Position numbers and translations under genes: made by a program. Shown here one piece after another: positions 1 through 14,433 of a stretch of DNA of 64,000 bases. The stretch lies in the NCBI RefSeq assembly GCF_009914755.1, contig NC_060931.1. One strand, given 5' to 3'. Origin of the DNA: the human T2T-CHM13v2.0 reference genome, Homo sapiens. Position 1 is the first letter of the stretch. Each line of letters starts with the position of its first letter. The notes below the pieces were generated by a model. That model was not told the origin of the DNA. It saw nothing but the letters and a program-made list of their open reading frames with translations, and did no database searches.

Positions 1-900
1 GTTAGAGGCTAGAGGGATGTAGGTTAGATCATGTCTCCCCCACTGCCATAATTTTCTCACTGTGACAATTTTTGCAAAGCCTGTTTCACTTTCGCCCTTT
101 GAGTTTCAGCATGCCTCATTCCCGAGGTGTAAGCTATGATATGGGAAAAGGGTGAGGACTGCTCTAACTTCTTCCTACTGACAGGGGGCATAGTTGTGGT
201 ATGGGTTGCCCCTAGGGTAAGAGGAGTGGAACTGCTTTGCATGTATTCATAGGTGCCTGATTGGGCTTCCAAGGCTTATATGACAAAGACGTTAATATTC
301 TCACCCACAGTTTTAGCATAGCACTTAAGTGAACCACAGACTATAGGATAATGAGTAGATTGTTAGAAATACAGATTCACTAAATAGGAAATAGCAAATT
401 TAAATATATCATCCCATATTTTTTTAATTTCCTAGTCCTGAGACTAGATGAGTTCAGCTGAACAGCTGTTTCCCATATCAGGAGGTGGCATTGCAGATGG
501 GCTAGGCCTTTGTATTTGATGAAGGCAAACAGATTTTTTAATAAGAGGCATTTCAGACAGGTTCCAGGACTATTTCTTCACTGTAATTAGATCTCTGCCC
601 TATGGGTCGACAGTGCCTCACCAGCAGGTACAGTGCCAAAGATGACCCTCAGTAGAAATAAGCAGTTGTAAGAGCTCACCTCTAGGTCTGTTATACTGGA
701 GGAGGCTGATGAACCATGGGCAGATATTTGCAAGGGTGGATCCTGGATAAGCCCCCAAATTTGTAACTGTCTGACGAGTTCTTCCTGCTCACTGTACAAA
801 CAAAATTAATTCATGACATTGCAGTCGAGAGAGCATTTAATTGACGCACATCTAGCCATACCATGTGGGAGAGAGAGTTATTACTCAAATCAATATCATA
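1..900 (-). mobile_element. Degenerate ERV1-class internal/LTR remnant
   Basis: Reverse strand near 150-190 reads CCCCTGTCAGTAGGAAGAAGTTAGAGCAGTC, resembling the env-end 'QEEVRAV' region of gammaretrovirus-like ERVs. Composition differs from the AT-rich flank. Family not determined. Confidence 0.4.
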
Positions 901-960
901 ATCTGTTAGAATTTTAAAGGTAATTATTACTAACTTAGCTATAGCTTATCTGTTTATTTA

Positions 961-1299
<339 letters not shown>

Positions 1300-2097
1300 T
1301 AGGAAGTTATTTGAAATTGACAGTACTGAAATAATTTTTCTCTTGCTTTTTATTACCTTTAGGGTTAAAGCTTTTTGATAGAAGCTTCCTTGGCTGAATG
1401 TGTTGATTTATGAAGGAAGTTGCTGCTTTTTAAATACGTTTCTTTTCAGTGAATAAGAAATGTTGGATTTAGATCAAGTTGATGCAATTATACTTAATAA
1501 CAGCATTTTGCTCAGAGTCTAAGATGTTTTTTTTCTTTCCACTCCCACCTACTTGGCAGCTTTAGTCCTCTCTACCTTGTTTATTACATACCAGTTCCAA
1601 TTCTGTCTGTGTTTTCTTCTTCCTTTTCAGATTAAATCTCATTCTCAATTAAATTGTTTTTTATTTAATTATTTTCAATTTTTGTAGGTCAGACTATGGG
1701 AAAATGAAATCAATACACAGGTTACAGAATCAGAAGAGCCCAGCATCTTACTTCTGCTGTGGTCAGTTTCTCAAGTGGCAAATAAAGATCATCATTTATC
1801 AGTAATGTTACTTTCTCTGGAGATATCAAATAAATATATCTACAAGTGTGGAAGTCCATTTGAATGAAACTTCACAAAGATGAGAACCATTCTAAACTTT
1901 GCTGGCAGCTCACAGCAAGCTTTAAAATCTTATTGCAGTACTTATTGCAGCTCATTTTTTAGTTTGAGCAATTTGGTCTAGTACTTCAATGTTTTTCTTC
2001 CTAGGCTAGGTCCACAATAGTCACTTATTTTAAGTTTGTTACTTAACAGTTTCTTCTTTTTAAAAAATTTCCTAGCTTATTTAAATTTTTTTAAACA

Positions 2098-2302
2098 TTT
2101 ATTTTAGATACAGCAGGTACAAGTGCAAGTTTGTTACATGGGTATATTGTGTGATGCTGAGGTTTGGGGTACAGATTCTGTCACCTGGGTAGTCAGCATA
2201 GTACCCAATAAGTAGGTGTTCCACCCACAGCCACTCCCTCCCTCCCCACTCTTGTAGTCGACAGTGTCTGTTGTTCCCATGTTTATGTCCATGTGTGCTC
2301 AA
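2098..2302 (-). mobile_element. L1 (L1PA-old/L1PB-like) 3' UTR fragment
   Basis: GTGCAAGTTTGTTACATGGGTATATTGTGTGATGCTGAGGTTTGGGG is typical of an antisense L1 3' end. Confidence 0.8.
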
Positions 2303-3271
2303 TAATACTTTGTTCTTTAGCTTTCATTGATCTAATATTGTTGACCAGAATGTTTCCCCCATATCTTTTCTGGATTTTCATGTTTCTATTTCGAGACATA
2401 GCTCAAGTCACATAAATAAGCCTTTCCTGCTTATCATGGTCTCCCTCTTCTCTGAATTTCTATCACATTCATAATTATGTTGATGAACTACTATTTGACT
2501 TTCCTAACTCTCCGACTAGATAATACATTCCATTTTACTTTTGCATATCACACTGAATAATCAGTGAGAAAGATGAACATATGATATATGCTTCCTAAAT
2601 ACTTAAAAGTCATTGTGGTTTTTATGTGTCAGGGGAAGAGCTGTGGCTCTAAAGACCTTATAAGATCTCTTAGTTGAAAAACCTTTTTAAAATATGAAAA
2701 AACAGACTCATAGAGGGAAGAAGGATTTTTTCTTGAAACCGAATTTATTAGCAAAATATTTTTAGTTCCAAAGTGACATTTTCTTTTTTGGTTTAAGTTT
2801 TGCTGTTAATTTGTCGTTTTTGTTTTTTTTTTTTTTTTTTTTGCATTATAGAAAGAGAATGTGAGCCTATATACTTTTTGCTATCCTGTATTTTAAGGAT
2901 TTTCTTTTTGAATTCTTACATTCCACAGAAAATTCATAAATATTTCTGGAATTTATGTAAGGTATAAATTCTGATATTTAGCACCTCTGCATTTTTATTG
3001 ATATTTTCTTGTATTTGTTATAATGCAAGAGTAGAATATTAGTTTTTCATTACTATATTTTTCTGTCAGTTTTCTGTTGAATAAGCTTTTTGGTTTAGAT
3101 ATTCTATGTTAGTCAGCTTATATTCCTGATAGCTGTTTTTTTTGGTGAGTTAAAAAAATTTGTCACTATAAAATGACCTCTTTTGGGTTCCATTTAATTT
3201 TTTTTGTTTGCTTATTTTTTCATTTGTTTGCTTTGAGTTCACTTAGATATTAGTTATTGGTATGCTGTGGT

Positions 3272-3278
<7 letters not shown>

Positions 3279-3303
<25 letters not shown>

Positions 3304-3587
3304 GAGGCAGGGTCTCACTCTGTTTCCCAGGCTGGAGTGCAGTGGTGTAATCATAGCTTATTGCAGCCTTGAATGCCTCAGTTCAAGCAATCCTCTCACT
3401 TCAGCCCCACAGGTGGCTGGGACTGCAGGCATGTGTCACCACACTCAGTTAATTAAAAATTCTTTTTTTTATAGATAGGATCTTGTTATATTGTCCAGGC
3501 TGGTCTTGAACTCCTAGCCTCAAGCCATTCTCCTGCCTCAACCTCTCAAAGTGCTGGGATTACAGGTGTGAGCCATTGTGTCTGGCC
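3279..3587 (-). mobile_element. AluJ-like
   Basis: Poly-T followed by antisense Alu dimer. Confidence 0.92.
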
Positions 3588-3739
3588 AATGCTTCATCTT
3601 TCAATAGGTTCATTTAATTTTCCCAGGAATGATATAGGGTGTTATTATATTCCATGGTAAAAATGTATTGTTATATTTCACCTTCAGACTTTATTGATGT
3701 TGCTTCCTTATTTTTTTAATTTTAAAATTATTATTATTA

Positions 3740-4025
3740 TTTTTGTGACAGGGTCTTGCTTTGTTGACCAGGCTGGAGGGCAGTGGTGTGAACATGGCTC
3801 ACTGCTGCCTTGATCTCTTGGGCGCAAGCAATCCTCCCACCTCAGCCTCACAAGTAGCTGGGACTATAGGTACATGCCATCACATCTGGCAGATTAAAAA
3901 AAAATTTGTAGAGATAGGATCTCCCTATGTTGCCAGATTGGTCTTGAACTCCTAGCCCCAAGAGATCCTCTTTCCTTGGCCTCCCAAAATGCTGGGATTA
4001 CAGATGTGAGCTACCATGCCTGGCC
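3740..4025 (-). mobile_element. AluJ-like
   Basis: Diverged antisense Alu dimer. Confidence 0.9.
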
Positions 4026-4293
4026 CCTTATTTGTTTTTAAAATAGCTTTTAGAGAAAATAATAACCTTTGTGGTTTTTGCAAAAAGTATAGAACTGCAT
4101 TTTTAAAAACTATTATTTAAAAGTACAAAGAAAAATAAAATACCTTTTTATTAAAGTTACATGAGTCTTATCAAATAGAATGAACATTTGTTGGCACTTT
4201 TAAATATCAACCCTGATATTTTTCTCTACACACGTGCAAATTTAGGCATAGAATAAAATTTACAAAACAGGACCACATGAATTTTATTTTTAA

Positions 4294-4582
4294 TTTTTTT
4301 TTAAGATGGAGTCTCACTCTGTTGCCCAGACTGGAGTGCAGTGGCGTGATCTCAGCTCACTGCAACCTCTGCCTCCTGGGTTCAAGCAATTCTCTGCCTC
4401 AGCCTCCTGAGTATGTGGGATTACAGGTGCCCGCCACCATGACTGGCTAATTTTTTTGTATTTTTAGTAGAGACAGGGTTTCAATATCTTGGCCAGGCTG
4501 GTCTTGAACTCCTGACCTCGTGAGTCACCCGCCTCGCCTCCCAAAGTGCTGGGATTATAGGCGTGAGCCACCGTGTGTGGCC
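4294..4582 (-). mobile_element. AluS-like
   Basis: Antisense Alu; flanking CATGAATTT on both sides resembles a target-site duplication (TSD). Confidence 0.92.
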
Positions 4583-4749
4583 ATGAATTTAAAATATAAA
4601 TTTATTTCATTATATCCTAGTGGAAAAAAGAAATAGCTGAAGTGGAAGGAATATATGAATTTTTTATAAATGTTTATTCACAACATTATATTTTAGTTTC
4701 TAAAAGACTTCTCTAAACAAGAATAGAAAAAAATGCCTTTTTGGTTGAT

Positions 4750-6950
4750 ACCATTAGTCTTTTAAAGCTGCATTTCAAATTTTGGTAGTGTCTATTGACT
4801 TCCTATTGTGAAACATAAGGAAAATAGCATACTTATATTTTCTTCCTCTCTTCTTGCCAAATTCTGGTATTATTGGTATATTATTATTTATTTTGTCAAA
4901 ATTTAAAACACTTCCATACATTTTTTGTAATCACAATTTCTATAGTGCTTTCATCCTGTTGATATATCTAAATGGAGTCAAAGCTTACCACTAGTTCTTT
5001 TACTATTCCTGAATTATCTTGATTCATTTCTTGGTGAGTTGAGTTTAATCATCCTGTAGTTTTGTGGAAAGCCGTGTAAGTGTTCTTACCTTAATAATTG
5101 TATATTGCTTTTATACCTGAAGATAACATCCGCTTCCCTCTGAAATTTGGACATTCCATTTGGTTTTGAAAGTTGCTGTGGAAAAGCCTGAAGGTAGCTT
5201 AATTTTTTTTAAAAAGACATCTTATTGGATGAATTACTTTTTCTGTCTGGATGCTCGTCTGACTTATTTCTCAGTCCTTAAGAATTAAAACATTACTCCT
5301 CATCAATTAATTATTTGTATATATTTGTTCTTTCTATTTTGATTTTTGTGATTTTTTTCATGTCGCTTATCCATGTTCTTGAGTTGGTTTTTAGTGTATT
5401 TATTCTCATTTAAAAAATTTATTTATTCTAGTTATTGCTTCTAGTGTGGCTTTCAACCCCGTATCTTTTGAGTTCTCCAAACAATGAAAAAAAGGGTTTC
5501 TTTTATTTCACTGATACAAGGGGTAACTATTTCTCTGAATTCTTCTTTTGTTTCTTTAGGAAGTTTTTGCTATGGAGATTTTCTGTCTTTTATGTTCTCA
5601 TCTCCCTCATGTCTACCCCTTTCCTTTTTTTGCAATTTCCACACATACATCTCTTCTTATTTTACAGTTACTCATTTTTTAAATGGTGACAGCAGTTTGC
5701 TGAAGGATTGTGTGGGGAGTTTTGAGGGAGAGTGATGATTAGCTCAGATCACCTGAATATTTTCACCTTCTCACTCTGTTTATTTTCTCTTTTGCCCTGG
5801 GGGTCCATTTTCCTTGGTTTTCAGGGTTCAAGAGGCTAGTGAGTGTCACAGAAGCCCCTAACGGCCCCTGTCACAGGTCCTTGGTGCTAAGAATCAGTGG
5901 CTGCCGCTTGTCTTTCTGTCTTCATTGGTTAGGAAGCTGATAAAAGCACAGGTATAGGGCCATATCTTTTGCTTCCATTCTGGTTCTTCTGATGTCACTC
6001 CTTCTGTATCCCATGCATGTCCTTAAATCTCATTCCGTTAGTCTAGGACCTGACTCTCTCTTCCGCTTGAAGTCTGCAGAGTTGGTGCCAGCTCTTGGTA
6101 TCCTATCATACTGTGGTCCAGAATTTAAGATATTTGGTAGGCTTCAAAGTTTGTTGATTGTGACTGTAGTCATTTCCTCATTCAATTTCCTTTTTTTGGG
6201 AGGTGGTAGTTATTGTAGTACTTTCTGCTGTTTTTGGTAAGTTTTGCTGTATTATCTTTGATTAGAATTCAAGTCTTTGTCAGTCTTTATTGTTGCTGAG
6301 GAGAAATCCATGGACAACCTGATTTTTGTTTTGTTGTAGGTAATCAGTTCTTTATGTTTGATTGCTTGTAGAATGTTTTTCATTTTTTCTGTAAATGCCA
6401 CACTTGCCACCATATATCTGTATGATGATATTTTCCTTGATATTATTGGGAATGTAGTGAATTTAATCTGTTTAAACCATTTGTTTTGCTGCTGAAGAAA
6501 GGTTTCCTATGTTATATCTTTGATTATTTCTTCAGTTTTGTTTGATTTAATCTGTCCTTCAGGAAAACTAATATCTTTTGGTTGGCTACTTATTTTCTGT
6601 TCCCAATATCTGCTCTCTTTTTCCTCATAATTTTCATTTCTTTGTCATTTGTTTTCTCTGTTTTCTGTGGAAGTGTGTAAAATTTGTGTTCCATATCAGT
6701 TTTGAGAAACCACGGCACTGGTTTTGGTCTTTTCTATGTCTACAGTGGAAGATTTTTTTAGTCTGCTGAGGTACTGTCTTTCTCCCAGCCACTTCCCTCC
6801 TACCTCCTGTATCTTTGCTACTCTTAACCAGTGTAGTATATGCCAAGTTACAATTCCCATGAGGCACTAGTACCAAGTACATCTTACTTTGAAACATGTT
6901 TATAGTGTTTATTTTGGGGCTTTATCTCTGAGTATATAATATGCCATTAT
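4750..6950 (-). mobile_element. Highly degraded ancient L1M fragments
   Basis: T-rich sequence with L1M-antisense-like motifs (GTTGCTGTGGAAAAGCCTGA, TGTTGCTGAGGAGAAATCC). Boundaries approximate. Confidence 0.4.
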
Positions 6951-8520
6951 TAATCTCTGTTCTTTACTTGGACAATTTTATAGAATTTGCTACCTTTGTT
7001 TAGAAGTCAATAGATAGTGTAGAGGGGCCACGGGCAGTGGTAGAGGTTGGAAAGATTCAAGAGGGTAGTTATAAAATATGTTGCTTCAATCATAGGTCAC
7101 TAACAGATGTCTGTACAGTTTTCTGGTTCATATAGAACTTGGAATTCTGAATCAGATGGGGCAGTGAGTTTATAATCAGAAATGTTAGGTAGAGTGACAG
7201 AACTCTTGGCTTTCATGGGTTCCTATCAAAAGAGGAGAGCTTTGGTTTAGGGCCTAATGAATCTGCTATTGCATTGTGGTATACTGTAACTTAACATGAG
7301 TTATGGGGGATGAAGGAACAGAATTATGTCATAGTTCGTATATTTTTTCTTCCTCTTACTATTGGTACCTCAGTAAACATAATTTGGACAAATTATGTCA
7401 ATCTCATTGAAGGATTTTGGGGGTAAAATTAGTTGCATGATTTTTGATGGTCATCGTTACATGCATGCATATATTTCCATTGTGTCAGATAAAAGGTCTT
7501 TATGAGATGACCCCTAGATATTATATTGATGGGGCTTAAAATGGAGAAGCACAAGAATTGTGCTTATAATGTCCTTATAGCCATGTGGCTAAACCATTAT
7601 TGAGGTATGGCCTGTCATTTGGTACACTACTTTCATAAACTGTAGTATGGCTATTTTGATAAGTGTTTTATTCACATGGAAAAGACCTTGTAGGAATCAT
7701 TAAATAAATTAAAAAGCCATATCTTTATTTTTATTTGTCAGTCAAGGTTATAATTCTCAGAAAAATTCTCCTTAGGAAAAGTTAGATATCTTCTGCTTGG
7801 CTCATGTTTTCATGATCATTTTATTTTTAATGTAATAATGTAAAACACAGCATCCTCCATTCTTATAAACAATATCATAGTAATTACAGTTCCAGATTGT
7901 TTGATTTTGTTACATTCCATAGTAAGTCTATTTAATTTGCCTGGCAGAGATTTTAGAAACACTGTATAGCCAAGGATAAGTAGTTGCAGTTAGAATGCCA
8001 GTTGGGTTTATGATTTTCTGTTTTATAAATTAAATGTTTCAATGGTAGAATTCTACTTATTACCACATGTTTCCACTGAAAAACTTCTTTAGAAGTACTG
8101 TCATCAAGACTGTGAACATCTCTTAAAAATGAAACTCTCAATCTCCAAGAAAATAATTTATACCGGTAGGAAAAATCCTTTTGTGTTTTGGGTTCCTCAT
8201 TCTGTATCCCATAATTGATATATGGGGGATTCAGTTGCAGTAGGGTTGTAGCCAAAAGGAAAGTGTTTGCTTTTCACTAGTTATGAAGGGTTTGCCTTTC
8301 ACTAAGCACATACCTTCTTGGCCCTTTGGTCCCGGAGATCATTTCTATCAGGTTAGTGACTTTGCCGTTCATTTTTCTTAGAAAACACATGTGATTTAAC
8401 ATTTTTTTCTCCTTACTTCAGATAGTGGGTCCTCCTGATAACTGAAATTTGACTCTCTGGTTTCAAAGATAGAATGAGTTTATTTTTATGGGTTCCTGAG
8501 AATTCTGGGAAATAGCTCTA

Positions 8521-9037
8521 TTTCCCAGAGGAAAAAGTTTGTGTTTTCTTAGTTACTTACTGTAGAATATAAAAGAGAAAAAGTGATTTATTTGTGTGTG
8601 GGGGGCAGTAACATAAAGTTTATATGCGGCTAAGCTCTTTGCAGAAGTACTTTGAACTTTAGAACTTTGGATGGACTTAGTCCTTTATTCTGTTAACTGG
8701 TGTATGGCCTGTTTTTTAGAACTAGCTTTGGAGTGCAAAAATCTGAGTTATCACCAGAATAAAAAAAGAGAAATATCTCTGTATCTCTGTTTCCCAGAGG
8801 AAAAAGTTTATATTTTCTTAGTTGCTTACTGTAATATAAAAGGGAAATGGGAAAAAGTGATTTTTTTTGATAACATAAGATTTATGTGCTACTAAGCTCT
8901 TTGTAGAAGAACTTAGAACTTTGGGCTTCAGAACTTTGGGTGGACTTAGTCCTTTATTCTATTAAGTAGTATATGACCTGTATTTCAGAACTAGCTTTGG
9001 AGCACAAATCAGAGTTATCATCAGAATAAAAAAAGAG
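8521..9037. repeat. Diverged tandem duplication, two copies of ~250 bp (period ~270)
   Basis: Both copies (8521-8770, 8790-9037) start TTTCCCAGAGGAAAAAGTTT and end CAGAATAAAAAAAGAG. Confidence 0.92.
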
Positions 9038-9745
9038 TGTAAATATATAACTCTTATGGTATAGGATGTTGGGTGACTTAAAATTAGAATCAAAAGGAAA
9101 TGCAAGAATTAGCAATTTTTATTGCTTGCTATGCACTAGCATCATTTCATCATTAGACTCTTAATTTCTACAAAGAGCTACATTGGTAGCTTATTCAAAA
9201 CTTTCTAAGTCTTTAACACATCAGGTTTAACATTTTAAAAACCTTAGTAAATCCCCTACATCTTAAGAAAAAAGATTTAGGAGAGTGATGGTGCATGTTT
9301 ACATTTCAAGATAACGGTATTAATTGAAATTACTAAAAGTTGGGTTGAAAAGTAAAATAGATGAATAGTCATATCATTTAAGTCATTTTTGGAATTCTAA
9401 CTTGAAACTTGTAAGCAAATTAAGTCTCACCTGATAAAATAGGTCTTTAACTCTAGGTTATCTGATCAACAGAACCTGCCAGTTAACAGATTGTGGGGGT
9501 TCCCAGATATTCTAAAATGTGGAACTGTATTCAATGGTTTTCCTGCCTTTAAATAGAGAAAATCCACTGACTTTTGTTCCCTAAAGTGCAGTTTACTATT
9601 TAAAATAAGTGTAAAATAAAAGAATTGCTACCTGCTTTATTAATGTGCTAAAAAAAGGATAGATACCCATATAATGTTTTGTGTGTGTAATATTTAAGAC
9701 TATACAAGAAAACTGAATTAATTTAAGGTTAAAATGTTATTGTTT

Positions 9746-10324
9746 TGAGAGAGGAGAAAGGAAGAAACCAGTCAGGCAGGCAGTTAGGGTGGGTCCTCAC
9801 TTAAATTGTTTCATACTAAAGAACAGCCTGAAAAATCAAGCTTTGGGCACAGATGAGGGAACTTGCACAGCGGGGCTTGCCTAAGACATGCCCACAGCTG
9901 CACAGGTAAGAAAGGATAAACGGGTGACTTGTCCAGACATGCCTGCAATGGAAAATTCTGTCTCCTGAAACATGTGCAGTAAGGGGAACAAAGCAATATG
10001 GATTAACTCAAGCTAAGGACCCACATGCGCACTAGGAGGATGGGGTGGAGCTACCAGAAATTCGTGCCTTATGCCGTTATGCAACCCAGCCCTCCTTTGG
10101 TTTCTTATAAAAGGCTTTACATTCAGCTGTAAAAATGGCAACTCTTTTCCAGGCTCCCTGTTCATGGTGGAGAGCTTTCTTCTTTTGCTTATTAAACTTT
10201 TGCTCTAACCTCAACCTTTTTGTGTCCACACTACTTAATTCTCTTGGTTGTGAGACAAAAAACTCTGGGTGGTACCTCAAAATGAGAGACTGCTACATTG
10301 TGGTGCATTGGCAAGACTGTAACA
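9746..10324 (+). mobile_element. ERV1 solo LTR, MER61-type
   Basis: TG...CA termini, 4-bp TSD GTTT (9742-9745 and 10325-10328), TATAAAA at 10106, ATTAAA at 10191. Sequence matches my recollection of the MER61 consensus. Confidence 0.85.
9873..9944. promoter_or_regulatory. Two p53-consensus response elements within the LTR
   Basis: GGGCTTGCCT-a-AGACATGCCC (9873-9893; both halves fit RRRCWWGYYY, 1-bp spacer) and TGACTTGTCC-AGACATGCCT (9925-9944; 19/20 match, no spacer). Confidence 0.7.
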
Positions 10325-11572
10325 GTTTCAATCAAGTAGAAGATGACAAAATGTTATTCTGGGAATTCGTTAACGTTGAATAATGTAACATGATGAACTA
10401 TGTTCTATTAATAATTAGCACGTATGTTCTAGTCTTGAAACAACTTGGCTAGATAAAAGCTTTGCTTAGTGAAGAAAGACTTATTACCCTTTTTCCTCTT
10501 GTATTTCATCAAAAAATTACCTTTTATGTTCAAATGTTTTTGAGCAAGAGTATTTTTATATTTGTTGATAGTTAGCATGAAGTATATATTATGAAGATGT
10601 TTTATGAGCATACATTTATTGGCTAATGAGTAACATGTTATTTCCCAATAACACTGTTCTAAGAATTTATATGATGATAATAGCAATTTGTATCATTATG
10701 TGCCAGGCAATATTCTGAATTCTTTGGACATATTAACATATTTAATTCTAAAACAGTTACTACTATTATTACTATTATTGTTATCCTCATTTTATAGATG
10801 ATGTAACTGAGGCATAGAGAGATCAAATAACATGCACGAGCTCATAAGAAAACATGTAAACAGCTAATTACAGCCTAAGTGAGTTGGTGTTACAATATAG
10901 AAAAGCAGAATACGGTAGGTCCATTCAGAGTATTTATCCACCATATTGCTAGAAGTCCCAACAATTTTTGCTTTTACTGAAAAACTCTGATACATTTCCC
11001 TTCTCTAAGATAATTGCTTCCCTTTCAGATTAGTGCGATTCAATATTCTATCTAACAAGACGTATGTTATTTAGAGTTGTTAGGGTAAACACCTGGAAAA
11101 ACCAGAAAGTGGAAGCCTAAAACAAAAGTTATTACTTTTGGAGTGTGGAACTGAGGGGTGGAAGGGCCTGGATGAGTTCCTTAAATATCTTTTAGAAAGT
11201 CTCAGACATTCTGAAAATCAACTTGAGTCTTTGGAAAACTAATGATGCAGCCAAGCCTCTTTCATTTAAATCTAAAATAGTTTAGATGCATTAGATTCAA
11301 ACATAAATTATTTGGAATGAATAAAAAATGAAAGATAAATTATTAAGTATTTTAAGGACAGTGTTATGTAAAAGTGTTTTTTCTTTTTATTTGAGAGAAA
11401 AGTTATGGCTTGTGAATTAGAAATTACTAGTATTTCAGTAGTCAAAATACAATGAAAAAAATGGTAGTGTTTGCATTTCAGATGCAACATTTTGTATACT
11501 ACTTTTTATCTTTAACTTGTATTTATTTCCATTTCTCTCATCTTCTTATTCCATCTTGTTACCTCCAAATTT

Positions 11573-11672
11573 TAAATGGGTAGTTACAATTCATATTAAT
11601 TGAATATTTAAAAATTTTCTTGTAAATGGGTAGTTACAATTCATATTAATTGAATATTTAAAAATTTTCTTG
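11573..11672. repeat. Perfect 50-bp tandem duplication
   Basis: TAAATGGGTAGTTACAATTCATATTAATTGAATATTTAAAAATTTTCTTG x2. Confidence 0.95.
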
Positions 11673-11673
11673 G

Positions 11674-12019
<346 letters not shown>

Positions 12020-14122
12020 TTAGGATTGAATGTCGCAATAACTTAAAGCATTTAGGAATGTAAAAATTCTGCTTTTTGCCTTTTATAAAACTTTACTAAT
12101 GATGGAGCAAGCAAATATATCTGTTAAGGTCCTATAGTTAGATAAAGACCTCCACTTTCCAAAACCTTAGCAACGTGCATGCCATGTGAATGCAGCATGG
12201 GGCTGGTGTGTGAGTGATCAAGCAGCTGCAACACAGTTTATATGGAGACAATATCCAGAGTACTTAAAATTTAAGTCAAATATATGAAAAATTAAAACAC
12301 AATCACATGGGGAATAATGGAGGGATGCAGTTAAAAAGTTATCTCACTGCTTTTTCAATATCTGCAGGCTTCCAGATAGTAGGAAATTCTTTGTTCTTCC
12401 CTTCAACCCATCTGTTGTTCCTTAGTGTAACGACATCACTGCAACTACTGCAGCCACTAAAGCATCGACATTAAAAAAGGCAAAATTTAGAACTTTTTAC
12501 AGAGTTTTATTAAACTACAAGTTTGCAGAACGATTTGGTCTTTAAATTTTTAAAAAATTTTTTAGTGTGTGTAGCATAGTGATATGATAGAAGTAATGCC
12601 CAGGCAGACATACTCTAAGATTAGAACAGAATTCTCAGTATTTGTGTTGGTATAGAAATTTTTTTATGACTTAGAATTAAACATAGAGATTTCTTTATGT
12701 ATCATTGAAATGAATTACTTTTTAAGTAAGGAGTATGGTTATAAATAGGTGGTCCATTAAACCTGTGTATTTGCTTTATTCCTTTTTGTCCAGACTGTTA
12801 CATCTTTGCCAGAAATGGAAATGTGTATTGCTGTTTCCTACTCAAAAATTACTTTAAAGAAAAAAGTATTAGTTATTTATGCTAATTTCAGTTCAGTAAA
12901 TATACCATTTTTGTAGTTAAAAATTTAAAATAGGGTACAAAGCAAAATAAAGTTCTCCTTAAATAATATGAAATATCATAAAATAATTTTTATTTATTTG
13001 TGCCTGCCTCACAGCAGACCTTATAAATACTATTTGTTTCTGTTTTGATATTTTTATCAGATAGAATTTGTGTTTACTAGCATAGAATTTAGATAGTAAA
13101 TTCTTTACTTTTAATCAATGAAATCACAGTTCTCATAGTAATTTTGGATCAGTTATTTATCTTAACTCTTTTTTATTTCTTTATTCCTTAGTTAGTGTCT
13201 AAAATCTGTTCTCTTAAGAAAAGTTAAAGTTTTGTTAAAATCACAATAATTTTTGTCCAGGTTACCTTTGCCTATTTTTAAATGCTAAAATACTTAAGCA
13301 ATAGTTAGATGTTGCCTTTAGGAAGATTATTGTTACCTTCCTTATGTTATTTCTCCCAAATACATATCTTTCTTTCAGCTTGTATATATTTCATGAAAAT
13401 TCATGCCTATTTTGAATAATTTTTTCAAGATTATGTCACATTTGAGTTCAGGAAATCCAATTGTGAGTAGAAGTATATGTTACTTTACGTTTAGAATATT
13501 AAAATGGATTAATGAACCTTGAGTTTTGGGAAATCTCATTCTTAAACCATTTGAACCTCCAAGTGATGCTCAGATATCACTAGCCCATAGAAGACCACAG
13601 AAAATTTCATTAACCCATAGAAACCCAGTGAATTCTACAAAGTTTGGTGTTCTAAAGATAAGCTAACTGAATAGCAGTGTTAAATGGAGTTTATTCAGGA
13701 AGCCATGTAGCATGGAAACAAGGCCTTTGTCTTGCAATATGAATTTTAATAGGTCTTAATTCCTTAAGTAGGTTTTTTCTATAGCTGGGACTGGAGTCCT
13801 GTGGTGTGTAGTCTTTAGGGCCGCTCCACTTTCAAGTCTTTGGGGAGAACTACCTTCTCCAGCTGAAGTTTTCTCCAGGGAATTGGCTTATAGAAAGATG
13901 TTTCCTCTTTCATATAGGGACCACCCTTATTCAGTTTCTTCATGCTTGGCAATGAGTTGATTTTCAGTGAATGTTGGTTGAGTGAATGAATGAATGAATG
14001 CATGATGAAGAGATTAATGAAAGAATGATCTGAAAACAAGTGACTCACTTAGAAGAGGGTTCAAAGTCATGTTACTTCACAGCCTGAATACCTTGCCTGT
14101 GGAAAATTAAAAGAACATTTAG

Positions 14123-14433
<311 letters not shown>

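Noticed and set aside
6322-6346. TTTTGTTGTAG|GTAATC recursive-splice-like motif
   Set aside because: The donor is weak and the motif lies in probable antisense L1M sequence, where such motifs arise commonly.
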